A model generated the notes under the pieces. It saw nothing but the letters and a program-made list of their open reading frames with translations, ran no database searches and was not told the origin of the DNA. This document shows positions 1-8,238 of a stretch of 48,799 nt of DNA, piece by piece; the first letter of the stretch is position 1, and each line of letters begins with the position of its first letter. Origin of the DNA: Kiritimatiellia bacterium (GTDB lineage: Bacteria > Verrucomicrobiota > Kiritimatiellia > RFP12 > UBA1067); the NCBI GenBank assembly GCA_016302985.1, contig JAEDMN010000002.1, positions 1 to 48,799 on the forward strand. Direction: 5' to 3'. The translations under genes were made by a program, and so were the position numbers.

Positions 1-14
1 GCCTAACTGAAAAC

Positions 15-23
15 TGATATACT
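15..23 (+). promoter_or_regulatory. Extended -10 box TGATATACT upstream of the GH127-like gene (long leader)
   Basis: Exact member of the TGnTAnACT family seen at 12 other gene fronts. It forms an AT-rich island in GC-rich DNA. The leader ends in the purine run GGAAGGCGGGAGGG before ATG 106. Confidence 0.4.
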
Positions 24-105
24 AGCAACCAATCACAAGAAAGTACTTGCCTGACGATGCTACGCAACGCGTGTTGCGTTGGCTACTGGAAGGCGGGAGG
101 GCAAC

Positions 106-2799
106 ATGAAGAAGTCGATGCTGGGCGCCGCGTGCGCGGGCCTGTCGCTGTCCCTTTCGGCCGCCACGGTGGCCTACTGGCCGTTCGGGTCCTACGGCGC
201 CGCGGACGCGGGCGGGAAGGGCAACCACCTGCGGATCAACGGGGGCGTGACGTTCGCGGACGGCGCGGCGTGTTTCGACGGCGTGATGGCGAAGTGCCGC
301 ACGGAGCGTCCGCTGGACCTGTCCGTCTGCACGAAGGGCCTCACGGTCGAGTGCTGGGTGCGCGTGCCGGCCGATTCCCAGGCGGCCTGCCAGATGCTCG
401 TCGAGCACACGAGGCAGGCCTCCGCGGCCCAGGCGGCGGGCGCGTTCTACCTCGACCTGGACGAGACGGCGGACGCGAAGGCGCGCGCGATGATGAAGAC
501 GCCGGCCGGACACCACATCGACGACGGGGCGAAGTCGCTGCGCGACGGCGCGTGGCACCACCTGGCCTTCGTCTGGGATCCCGCCGCGAAGGGGGACGCC
601 GTCGGCCGCTTCTACGTCGACGGCGTACGGCAGCCGCAGAATGCCGCGCACCGGAGCGCGGAGCTGCCGAAGCCGCTGCGCGACCACCTCTATCTCGGCA
701 GCCGGGCGGACGCCGTGTTTCGCTTCCGGGGACAGCTGGACGACGTGCGGATCAGCGACGCCGCGCTCGCCCCCGCCGACTTCCTGAAGACCCGCACGAC
801 GGAGAACGGCCCCGTCCGCGAGGAGCTCCTGGCGAAGGGCGCGCTCCCGCCGGAGCGGCAGGAGCTGATTCCGCTGCCGTTCGGGTCCATCACCGCGCGG
901 GGCTGGATCCGCGACATGCTCGCGCGCGGCCGCGACGGCATGGGCGGGCACTTCGGGGAGCTCGACGCGGACCAGTTCGACAAGCCGTACCGCACGCGCG
1001 ACTACGACGCCAAGCTGTATCCCGGCAGGAACCAGGAATGGCCTGGCTGGTGCGCGGAGATGGCGGGCGAGTTCCGGCTGGGGCAGATCGAGCTCGCGGA
1101 GACGCTGGAGGACGACGGCCTGCGCAAGAAGGCGCGCGCCTTCATCGACGCGGCGCTCGCGCTGCAGGAGCCGGACGGGTACCTGGGTTCCTACCGGAAG
1201 ACGGACGACCGCCGGCAGGACTACAACGCCTGGGGTTGCCACTTCTTCTACCGCGCGCTGCTGCTCGAGTACTCCCGCACGGGCGACCGGCGGATCCTCG
1301 ACGCCCTGCACCGCGGCTTGCTGTGGTTCACGCGGAACTGGGCCGGCTCGCAGAAGACGGACTACGTCGGCCCCGCGATCATCTGGCCGATGGTCGAGGT
1401 CTACCGGCTGACGGGCGATCCGCGGCTGCTGACGTTCTGCGAGGACTACGCCGACTACCTCAACGCGCGCAACGACTGGAATCCGTACCGGGGCGGTCAT
1501 TGCATCAACCGCACGGGCGGCTTCGAGCGGCTCTCGCGCGAGCCGCGGGCCTATCACGTGGTCGCCTACGCCGTCCGCGCGCAGCTGGCGGGCATCCTCT
1601 CGCTGGCCAACGGCGACGAGAAGTACAAGCGGGCGTCCTTCGAGTCCTTCGACGACCATGTCCGGACCGTGGGCTGGCAGGCCACCTACGTGCCGACCTC
1701 GCACAAGGAGCACACGGGCCCCGCGGGCTGCGTGAAGGAGACGGAGTACTGCAACTTCCTGAACTGGATGGAGTACATGCAGTGGCTGGCGCGCCTCTCG
1801 GGCGACGCGCGCTTCGGCGACGCGATCGAGCGGATGGCGTTCAACGCGGCGATGGGGGCGCGGAAGAAGGACGAGCGGGCGATCGCGTACAACTCCTCGC
1901 CCAACCAGTTCCGCGCGACGAAGACGTCCGCGTCCGGCGGCTGCATGGAGTACTACGAGGCGTACACGCCGTGCCTGTTCGCGGCGTGCTGTCCCGCGCA
2001 GTCCATCCGCCTGATGCCGGCGTACCTGCTGAAGGCCGTGATGAAGGACCGCGCGGGCGACCTCGTGGTGAACACCTACGGCCCGTGCCATGTCGCGACG
2101 CCGGAGGTCGCGCTCGACGTCGAGACGCAGTACCCGTTCGAGGACACGGTGAAGATCCGCGTGGACGCGCCGAAGGGCTGGACGGGCGCGCTGCACCTGC
2201 GCCTGCCCGAGTGGTCGAAGGGCTGGACGGTGGCGCGGAACGGACAGGCGGTCGACGTGAAGTCCGAACGGCGGTGGCTGAAGGTGGCGGGGCCCTGGGC
2301 GAAGGACGAGCTCGTCGTGACGTTCCGGAACGAGCCGGTCGTCCGCGCCCAGAACGAGCCGGGTCTGAGGGAGCCGCTCCGCGTGGTCGAATACGGTCCG
2401 CTCGTCTTCGCGCAGCCGCTGAAGACGACCTGGACGCCGTGCAAGTGGGAGCATCCGACGCGGCCGCTGCCCGACGGCTGGCCGTGGTTCGAGGCCACGT
2501 GCGCGGAGAAGCCGGTCCTCTACGCGCTGCCGGTCGAGACGGCGTTCGACGCGGCGAAGATCCGCGTGAAGCGCGTCGCGGGCGGGTATCCGTGGGAGGA
2601 TCCGCCGCTGCGCCTCGTCGTGCCGATGGTGCGTGCGACGGCGGCCTATGCGGCCGATCCCGAACGGCAGCGGCACAATCCCGCGCCGGTGCGGAATCCC
2701 GTGCCCCGGGACGCCGGAACAGGTCTGGAGGACGTCGAGCTCGTGCCGATGGGCGCGACCAACCTGCGTCTGACCTGCTTCCCGCTGGGCGTGAAATGA
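106..2799 (+). CDS. Secreted LamG-like domain + DUF1680/GH127-like glycoside hydrolase (beta-L-arabinofuranosidase family)
   Basis: ORF 79..2799; ATG 106 follows an SD-like run. Signal peptide MKKSMLGAACAGLSLSLSAA. LamG-like blocks: ECWVRVP, LRDGAWHHLAFVWD, FRGQLDDVRISD. The C-terminal part carries ETEYC and AACCPAQ cysteine motifs like the Glu/Cys and Cys-Cys motifs of GH127. The start codon choice is uncertain. Confidence 0.8.
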   Translation: MKKSMLGAACAGLSLSLSAATVAYWPFGSYGAADAGGKGNHLRINGGVTFADGAACFDGVMAKCRTERPLDLSVCTKGLTVECWVRVPADSQAACQMLVEHTRQASAAQAAGAFYLDLDETADAKARAMMKTPAGHHIDDGAKSLRDGAWHHLAFVWDPAAKGDAVGRFYVDGVRQPQNAAHRSAELPKPLRDHLYLGSRADAVFRFRGQLDDVRISDAALAPADFLKTRTTENGPVREELLAKGALPPERQELIPLPFGSITARGWIRDMLARGRDGMGGHFGELDADQFDKPYRTRDYDAKLYPGRNQEWPGWCAEMAGEFRLGQIELAETLEDDGLRKKARAFIDAALALQEPDGYLGSYRKTDDRRQDYNAWGCHFFYRALLLEYSRTGDRRILDALHRGLLWFTRNWAGSQKTDYVGPAIIWPMVEVYRLTGDPRLLTFCEDYADYLNARNDWNPYRGGHCINRTGGFERLSREPRAYHVVAYAVRAQLAGILSLANGDEKYKRASFESFDDHVRTVGWQATYVPTSHKEHTGPAGCVKETEYCNFLNWMEYMQWLARLSGDARFGDAIERMAFNAAMGARKKDERAIAYNSSPNQFRATKTSASGGCMEYYEAYTPCLFAACCPAQSIRLMPAYLLKAVMKDRAGDLVVNTYGPCHVATPEVALDVETQYPFEDTVKIRVDAPKGWTGALHLRLPEWSKGWTVARNGQAVDVKSERRWLKVAGPWAKDELVVTFRNEPVVRAQNEPGLREPLRVVEYGPLVFAQPLKTTWTPCKWEHPTRPLPDGWPWFEATCAEKPVLYALPVETAFDAAKIRVKRVAGGYPWEDPPLRLVVPMVRATAAYAADPERQRHNPAPVRNPVPRDAGTGLEDVELVPMGATNLRLTCFPLGVK

Positions 2800-2845
2800 C
2801 ACTTGAAAGACAGGTGACGAAACATGAACAGACTGAATCTGCTAC

Positions 2846-3004
2846 GTGCTGGACTACGTGCGCGAGCCGACCACGGATGAATACGGCACCTTCACGCTCA
2901 CCGTGCCGTCCGCGAAGCTCGTGCCCGGGAAGCCGGCGGTCGTCAAGGTCGTCGCGCAGCCGAACAACTCCCGCCGCTGGTTCGCGGTGACGGAGATGCG
3001 GTAG
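2846..3004 (+). CDS. Short ORF (52 aa from GTG) or C-terminal gene remnant, not in the ORF track
   Basis: Frame reads LDYVREPTTDEYGTFTLTVPSAKLVPGKPAVVKVVAQPNNSRRWFAVTEMR*. Nearly every codon ends in G/C, and GC1 exceeds GC2, which favours this frame over the antisense ORF 2854..3048 that shares its third positions. A terminator hairpin lies 30 nt downstream. There is no ATG and no clear SD. Confidence 0.3.
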   Translation: MLDYVREPTTDEYGTFTLTVPSAKLVPGKPAVVKVVAQPNNSRRWFAVTEMR

Positions 3005-3034
3005 GCCGCGGCGCGGGGATTCTCGCGCGCAGGG

Positions 3035-3064
3035 CCCCGTCCGTCCATGCGGACGGGGCTTTTG
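3035..3064 (+). terminator. Rho-independent terminator
   Basis: CCCCGTCCG (3035-3043), 6-nt loop, CGGACGGGG (3050-3058), then CTTTT. Confidence 0.7.
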
Positions 3065-3071
3065 GTATACT
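3063..3071 (+). promoter_or_regulatory. Extended -10 box TGGTATACT, 6 nt before ATG 3078 (leaderless geometry)
   Basis: The box abuts the terminator T-tract. Only GGTGCC separates it from the start codon, leaving no room for an SD. Confidence 0.55.
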
Positions 3072-3077
3072 GGTGCC

Positions 3078-4946
3078 ATGACCAAACATCTGCTAGCCTG
3101 TGCCGCCTTTCTCGTGCTGTCCGCAGCCCCGGCTTTGGCCGGGACGCTGTTCTTCGCCGGCGATTCGACGCTGGACGAGCATGGCGGGAGGCAGGACAGG
3201 TACGGGAGCTGGGGGGACGCGCTGCGCCCGTGGCTCGCGGACGGCTGCCGGATCGTCAACTACGCGAAGAGCGGGCGGTCGACGAAATCCTTCCGCGACG
3301 AGGGGTGGTGGGACCGGATCCTCGCGCAGGCCACCACGGGCGACGTCGTGGTCGTGCAGTTCGGCCACAACGACCAGAAGCTCGACAAGCCGAAGGTCGC
3401 CGTGCCGCAGCCGCAGTTCAGGCAGAACCTCGTGCGGATGGCCGGGGAGGTCCGTGCGAAGGGCGCGGAGCCGCTGTTCGCGACGCCGATCGTGCGGCTC
3501 ACCTTCGACAAGGCGGGGCGGCTGAAGGACGGCGCGAAGCTGGACGACTGGGCGGAGCGGATGCGCGAGGCCGCCGCGGAGACGGGAACGCCGCTCGTCG
3601 ACATGCGCCGGCTCACGCACGCGGCCGCGGAGGCTGCGGGCGAGGCCGAGGCGCTGACCTGGAACGTGCCGGGCGACAGGACGCATCCCGCGCCGAAGGG
3701 GGCCGCGCGCTACGCGGGACTCTTCTTCGACGAGATCCACGCGCGCGGGCTCGCCGTGACGAACCTCTTCCGCGCGACGCGTCCCGACACGCGGGTCCGG
3801 ACGCCCGCGGCGGCGGCCGTGCTGCGCAATCTGCGCGCGGCGGCGGAGAAGGGGAGCTTCTACTACGCGTGGTGCCATCCCTGGGTCGAGAACGCCCCCG
3901 CGTTCCGCGTGGAGACGGCGGAGGGGCCGCGTCCGAAGGCCGTCGCCGACGTCGACCTGTCGGGCGGCTTCGGGAAGGCGAACATCGGGAAGACGCCGTG
4001 CCTCTACTTCACGGACTTCTACTTCGTGACGGACGCGACGAAGCCGGCGGAGACGGTGGCCGCCTCGCGGGCTTCGCTCACGGCGATGGTCCGTGCCGCC
4101 TGGGCGAAGCACCGGTCGGTGCCCGTCTTCAGCTGGCATCCGGAGAATCCGTATACGCCGCAGGGGTGGAAGGATCCGAAGTACTGGTATGCGCCGTACC
4201 GCTACCGTTATTCGAGCGAGGGCTATCCGCAGGAGCACCGCTACGTGGTCGCGGAGATCCTTCGCGGCGAGAAGTTCCCTCGGGAATGGTACGATGCCGC
4301 CCTGGTGCGGATCGCGGATTTCCTCAAGGATCTGAAGGACGGGGCGGGCGAGCCGATCCCTGCCGTCGTGCGGCTGTTCCATGAGTGCGAGGACGACTGG
4401 CAGTGGTGGGGGCGGAATTCGGTTTCCGCGGCCGACTACCGCGAGTTCTTCCGCTACACGGTCGACAGGCTGCGTGCGCTCACGGGCGGCGGGGCGAACC
4501 TGCTCTTCGCCTATTCGCCGGACCGCTACTGGAAGACGCTCGGCGAACCGTCCTCCGCGGCCGACTTTCTTCACCGATATCCGGGCGACGACGTCGTGGA
4601 CATCGTCGGGCACGACGACTACTCGCTGGGGCACGGGAAGACATCCGGGGAGTGCGAGAAGGCGCTCGCGGTCTCGATTGGCCAGTTTCGCCGGGTCGGG
4701 GCGTTTGCGCACGCCCGTGGCAAGGTGGCGGGGCTCTTCGAGACGGGGGTGAAGAACTCCTGCGACGAAGCCTACGACTACATCTACCGGGCGATGACGG
4801 CGCCAGGCGTGCAATACGGCTTCCTCTGCACCTGGGGGGGCGTCTATTCTCGTCCCGGGACCGAGGCGGGCCGTGCCTGCTGGCAGCGCTTCGCCGACCG
4901 CCCGTCCGTTCTGACGGTTGAATCAGGCGCCTCCCTGGTCGATTAG
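3078..4946 (+). CDS. Secreted SGNH/GDSL esterase (CE12-like) fused to a GH26-like glycoside hydrolase
   Basis: Signal peptide MTKHLLACAAFLVLSAAPALA. SGNH blocks: FFAGDSTL, KSGRSTKSF, FGHNDQ, DRTHPAPKG. C-terminal half: FHECEDDWQWWG (GH26 acid/base block), DIVGHDDYS, LFETG (nucleophile block). Confidence 0.85.
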   Translation: MTKHLLACAAFLVLSAAPALAGTLFFAGDSTLDEHGGRQDRYGSWGDALRPWLADGCRIVNYAKSGRSTKSFRDEGWWDRILAQATTGDVVVVQFGHNDQKLDKPKVAVPQPQFRQNLVRMAGEVRAKGAEPLFATPIVRLTFDKAGRLKDGAKLDDWAERMREAAAETGTPLVDMRRLTHAAAEAAGEAEALTWNVPGDRTHPAPKGAARYAGLFFDEIHARGLAVTNLFRATRPDTRVRTPAAAAVLRNLRAAAEKGSFYYAWCHPWVENAPAFRVETAEGPRPKAVADVDLSGGFGKANIGKTPCLYFTDFYFVTDATKPAETVAASRASLTAMVRAAWAKHRSVPVFSWHPENPYTPQGWKDPKYWYAPYRYRYSSEGYPQEHRYVVAEILRGEKFPREWYDAALVRIADFLKDLKDGAGEPIPAVVRLFHECEDDWQWWGRNSVSAADYREFFRYTVDRLRALTGGGANLLFAYSPDRYWKTLGEPSSAADFLHRYPGDDVVDIVGHDDYSLGHGKTSGECEKALAVSIGQFRRVGAFAHARGKVAGLFETGVKNSCDEAYDYIYRAMTAPGVQYGFLCTWGGVYSRPGTEAGRACWQRFADRPSVLTVESGASLVD

Positions 4947-4953
4947 CTTCGCC

Positions 4954-4973
4954 CATTCCCTGTCGCGGGAATG
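4954..4973 (+). terminator. Weak hairpin after the CE12-GH26 gene
   Basis: CATTCCC, 6-nt loop, GGGAATG. There is no U-tract, so function is uncertain. Confidence 0.25.
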
Positions 4974-5141
4974 TCGGCATGTGGCGCATGCCGCCCGCGC
5001 TCGCGGCGGCCGTTGCGAGGCTGGAAGACGGAATCCGTCCTACCGTGGCGTAACCAGTTCCTGGACTGCCGGCGACGCGGCCGCCGACCATGCCGTGACG
5101 GTCCCGGACGTGCGGTCGGGGTTCATTTCCGCGACCTGTTT

Positions 5142-5150
5142 TGGTACACT
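5142..5150 (+). promoter_or_regulatory. Extended -10 box TGGTACACT, 6 nt before ATG 5157 (leaderless geometry)
   Basis: Same box family. GGCCGC separates the box from the ATG that begins a signal peptide. Confidence 0.5.
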
Positions 5151-5156
5151 GGCCGC

Positions 5157-8100
5157 ATGAAAACGTTTCTGCCAACTCTATGCCTTGCGATGTCGCTGGC
5201 CGCCGGCGCCGCGCCCGTCAGGACGGTCTGCACCAACGCGCTCACGACTTCGTGGGGACGGGCGGTGACGCCGGAGAACGCCTGGCGGGAGTATCCGCGT
5301 CCGCAGCTCGTGCGCGCGGACTGGACGTCCCTCAACGGGAAGTGGGAGTACGCCGTCACGGGCGTCGCCGCGGACGAGCCGCGGACCTGGGACGGCGAGA
5401 TCCTCGTGCCGTACCCGATCGAGTCTCCGCTCAGCGGCGTCGGACGGAAGGTCTCCCCCGAGGAGCAGATCTGGTACCGGCGCACTTTCGCGGCGCAGCC
5501 GCGAAAGGGGTTCCGCACGATTCTGAACTTCGAACGCGTCGACTTCCGCGCGTCCGTCCTCGTCAACGGCGTCGAGGCGATGGACGTGCCGCACGAGGGC
5601 GGCAACGTGCCGTTCTCCTGCGACGTGACGGACCTCGTCCGCGCCGGCGGGAACGAGCTGAAGGTGCTGGTCTGGGACCCGACGGACACGCACCTCGGCG
5701 GCACGGGCAAGCAGTCCCTCGAGCTCTGGACCTGCTTCTTCGGGGCCTGCAGCGGCATCTGCGGCGGCGTCTGGCTGGAGACCGTCCCCGAGACGTACCT
5801 CGCGGACTACCAGGTGAAGACGGACGTCGACGCGGGCACGGTGACGATTGTCCCCGACGTGAAGGGCGACGCCCGGCATGCGCAGGTGGAGGTCGTGGCC
5901 TCGTTCGGCGGCCAGGTGCTCGCGGCGAAGACGGTGCCCGCCGGCGACGCGGCGACGCTGTCGCTGCCGAATCCGGTCCGTCTCTGGAGCTGCGACGAGC
6001 CGAACCTCTACGACCTCGCGATCACGGTGAAGTCCGGCGGCCGCGAAGACCGGGCGAGGGGCTATTTCGGCCTGCGCAAGGTCGAGACGAAGCTCGACGC
6101 GCGCGGCATCCGCCGCGTCGCGGTGAACGGGACGTTCACCTACCTGCTCGCGACGCTCGACCAGGGCTGGTGGCCGGATGGCCTGCTGACGCCGCCCTCG
6201 GAAGACGCCTGCCGCTTCGACGTCGACTTCCACAAGAAGGCCGGCTTCAACGCGATTCGCAAGCACATCAAGATCGAGCCGCGCGCGTTCTACGCCCACT
6301 GCGACCGCATCGGCGTGATGGTGCTGCAGGACATCCCGTCCTTCGGCCTCGACAAGGTGCAGGGCGACCTCGTCCACGCGAATGCGCGCTACGGGTTCTA
6401 CCGCCGCGAGCTCAAGGACTGCGTGGACCTGCTGCGCAACCACCCGTCCATCGTCATGTGGATCCCCTACAACGAGGGCTGGGGACAGCCCTCGGCGGAC
6501 AAGACGCGCCTGACGAACAAATGGCTGCGCCGCTACGACCCGTCCCGCCTGATCAACGGGCCCTCGGGCTGGAACGACTACGAAGGCGGCTCCGTGCAGC
6601 GGTACGCGAACTGGTCCCCTGTCGACGTCGCCGACCCCGAGGTCTACACGGACTGCGTCGACCTCCACCACTACCCCGACCCGCGCATGCACCCCGCCGG
6701 CTCCCGCCGCGTCTCCTTCCTCGGCGAATTCGGCGGCATGGGCGTGGCGCTCGAAGGGCATGTCCAGGACCCGAAGGGGCATGCGCGCGCGCTCGTTCCC
6801 GAGCGTCCGCCCACGTGGCGCAAGGGGCAGCAGGACCGCTACGCAGATCTGATGAAGCGCCTCCCGGATCTCGCCCGCCAGGGCCTCGGCGGCAGCGTCT
6901 ACACCGAGGCGATCGACCAGTTCTGGGAGCTCGGCGGCTTCGTCACCTTCGACCGCGCGGTGGTGAAGCTCGACTACGCCTTCCTGCGGAAGATCCACCA
7001 GGGCGTGCTCGACGCCGCGCGCGAGGCGGCCGAGACCCCGGCTCCGCCTCCGCCGCCCGGACCCGCCATCCGGTGGGAGGAGCCCCGCAACCTGGTCGGC
7101 GGCGAATGGCCGCGCGTGCGCGTGCTCGCCGACGGGCGCCTCGCGTTCACCTATTCGCGGCGCAGCGGGAAGGGCGGCCCCGCGTCGGACTACGTGATGC
7201 GCTTCAGTTCGGACGGCGGGCGCACCTGGTCCGCCGAGACGACCGTCATCCGCAGCTTCGAGCGGCCGGACGGTCCGGACGCGAAGATGGCCTACGACGC
7301 GGTCAATCCCGAACTCGCGCAGCTGCCGGCGGACCATCCCGTCCATCCGAACCGGCTCGTGGCGACGGCGAACCTTCGTCCCCGGAAGGGGAACGAACGG
7401 TGCCCCTCGTCCATCGGCTTCGCCGTGTCGGACGACGCGGGGCGCACCTGGAGCGCCTTGAAACCGCTGCTGCCGGTCGCGGGCGACCCCGGGGTGAAGG
7501 GCGGCCGGTCCTGCTGGGAGCCGTTCGTCCAGGCCCTGCCCGACGGCACGCTGCACCTGTACTACTCGGACATCTCGGCCCCTGCCGGGCAGAAGAAGGC
7601 GCGCAACGTCTCGTGCTTCGTCTCGAAGGACGGCGGCGACACCTGGGCGGGGCCGACGTTCACGCTGCATCGGGGCGCCCAGTGGGCGGGCATCCCGTCC
7701 GCGCTCATCTGGAAGGGCGGCCTCTACCTCGCGCACGAGGCGCATCCCGCGGCGCATCCCGACTGGCCGGTGCGTCCGTTCATCGCCCGGACGTCCGCGG
7801 CGGACCCGTGGCGGGCGGCGCCGTCCATTGTCGACCCGCTCGCCGCGCCGCTGGGCGGCGGGGAGTACTGCGGCGCGCCCTATCTGGTCCAGACCGAGAA
7901 CTACTTCGTCCTCTCGGCCCAGCACGCGGTGCCGAAACCGGGCGAGGATCCGCTCAAGGGGTCGCAGCTGCGCGTCTGGGTGCTGCCGAAGGACAAGGTC
8001 GGGCCATCCGGCGACCTGACGGGCTTCACGCCCGTCGCGAACCCGCTTGGCGCGGCGACCCCGATGTGGTGGAACGCGCTCGCGCCGCTCGGCGGAGACG

Positions 8101-8171
8101 AGGTCCTGGCCTGCTGCCAGCGCGGCGGCGCGCTCTACCTCGTCCGCGGCCGCGTCGTCGTCAACCCGTGA
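5157..8171 (+). CDS. Secreted GH2-family glycoside hydrolase fused to a BNR/Asp-box beta-propeller (sialidase-like) domain
   Basis: ORF 4971..8171; the internal ATG 5157 gives signal peptide MKTFLPTLCLAMSLAAGAAP. GH2 blocks: NGKWEY, WSCDEPNLYDL, NHPSIVMWIPYNEGWG, FLGEFGG. A Pro linker (PAPPPPPGP) is followed by three Asp-boxes: SSDGGRTWS, SDDAGRTWS, SKDGGDTWA. Confidence 0.85.
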   Translation: MKTFLPTLCLAMSLAAGAAPVRTVCTNALTTSWGRAVTPENAWREYPRPQLVRADWTSLNGKWEYAVTGVAADEPRTWDGEILVPYPIESPLSGVGRKVSPEEQIWYRRTFAAQPRKGFRTILNFERVDFRASVLVNGVEAMDVPHEGGNVPFSCDVTDLVRAGGNELKVLVWDPTDTHLGGTGKQSLELWTCFFGACSGICGGVWLETVPETYLADYQVKTDVDAGTVTIVPDVKGDARHAQVEVVASFGGQVLAAKTVPAGDAATLSLPNPVRLWSCDEPNLYDLAITVKSGGREDRARGYFGLRKVETKLDARGIRRVAVNGTFTYLLATLDQGWWPDGLLTPPSEDACRFDVDFHKKAGFNAIRKHIKIEPRAFYAHCDRIGVMVLQDIPSFGLDKVQGDLVHANARYGFYRRELKDCVDLLRNHPSIVMWIPYNEGWGQPSADKTRLTNKWLRRYDPSRLINGPSGWNDYEGGSVQRYANWSPVDVADPEVYTDCVDLHHYPDPRMHPAGSRRVSFLGEFGGMGVALEGHVQDPKGHARALVPERPPTWRKGQQDRYADLMKRLPDLARQGLGGSVYTEAIDQFWELGGFVTFDRAVVKLDYAFLRKIHQGVLDAAREAAETPAPPPPPGPAIRWEEPRNLVGGEWPRVRVLADGRLAFTYSRRSGKGGPASDYVMRFSSDGGRTWSAETTVIRSFERPDGPDAKMAYDAVNPELAQLPADHPVHPNRLVATANLRPRKGNERCPSSIGFAVSDDAGRTWSALKPLLPVAGDPGVKGGRSCWEPFVQALPDGTLHLYYSDISAPAGQKKARNVSCFVSKDGGDTWAGPTFTLHRGAQWAGIPSALIWKGGLYLAHEAHPAAHPDWPVRPFIARTSAADPWRAAPSIVDPLAAPLGGGEYCGAPYLVQTENYFVLSAQHAVPKPGEDPLKGSQLRVWVLPKDKVGPSGDLTGFTPVANPLGAATPMWWNALAPLGGDEVLACCQRGGALYLVRGRVVVNP

Positions 8172-8221
8172 ACCGGACCCGGGGGCCGGCGTCCGGCGGC
8201 GGTTGCGGGTGAAACGCGATG

Positions 8222-8230
8222 TGGTATACT
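8222..8230 (+). promoter_or_regulatory. Extended -10 box TGGTATACT, 8 nt before ATG 8239 (leaderless geometry)
   Basis: Exact repeat of the 3063 box. ATTCCGCC separates the box from the ATG. Confidence 0.5.
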
Positions 8231-8238
8231 ATTCCGCC

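Noticed and set aside
22-2802. 926-aa minus-strand ORF antisense to the GH127-like gene. Similar giant ORFs occur at 5178..7925 (-), 22031..24916 (-), 12602..14395 (-), 40185..42473 (-) and 42302..46051 (-).
   Set aside because: The translations are Arg/Ala/Gly/Pro/His-rich low-complexity strings with no family motifs. Several run across multiple well-supported genes and intergenic regions. They are the expected stop-codon-poor shadows of real genes in very GC-rich DNA.
4947-5141. About 195 bp of spacer between the CE12-GH26 and GH2 genes. It contains small hairpins, a GACGGAATCCGTC palindrome and a 28-codon minus-strand ATG ORF (MNPDRTSGTVTAW...).
   Set aside because: There is no terminator U-tract and no promoter box for the small ORF, no recognisable motif, and too little signal to call a gene or an RNA.
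4971-5156. 62-codon N-terminal extension of the GH2 ORF. Similar upstream extensions occur at 8047, 8358, 9516, 14298, 14435, 15739, 16316, 17538, 24717, 39792, 40550 and 46938.
   Set aside because: The extensions are Arg-rich and overlap the preceding gene or intergenic promoter and terminator elements. Internal ATGs give signal peptides, lipoboxes or canonical family N-termini, and they sit at ATGA overlaps or behind SD or promoter boxes.
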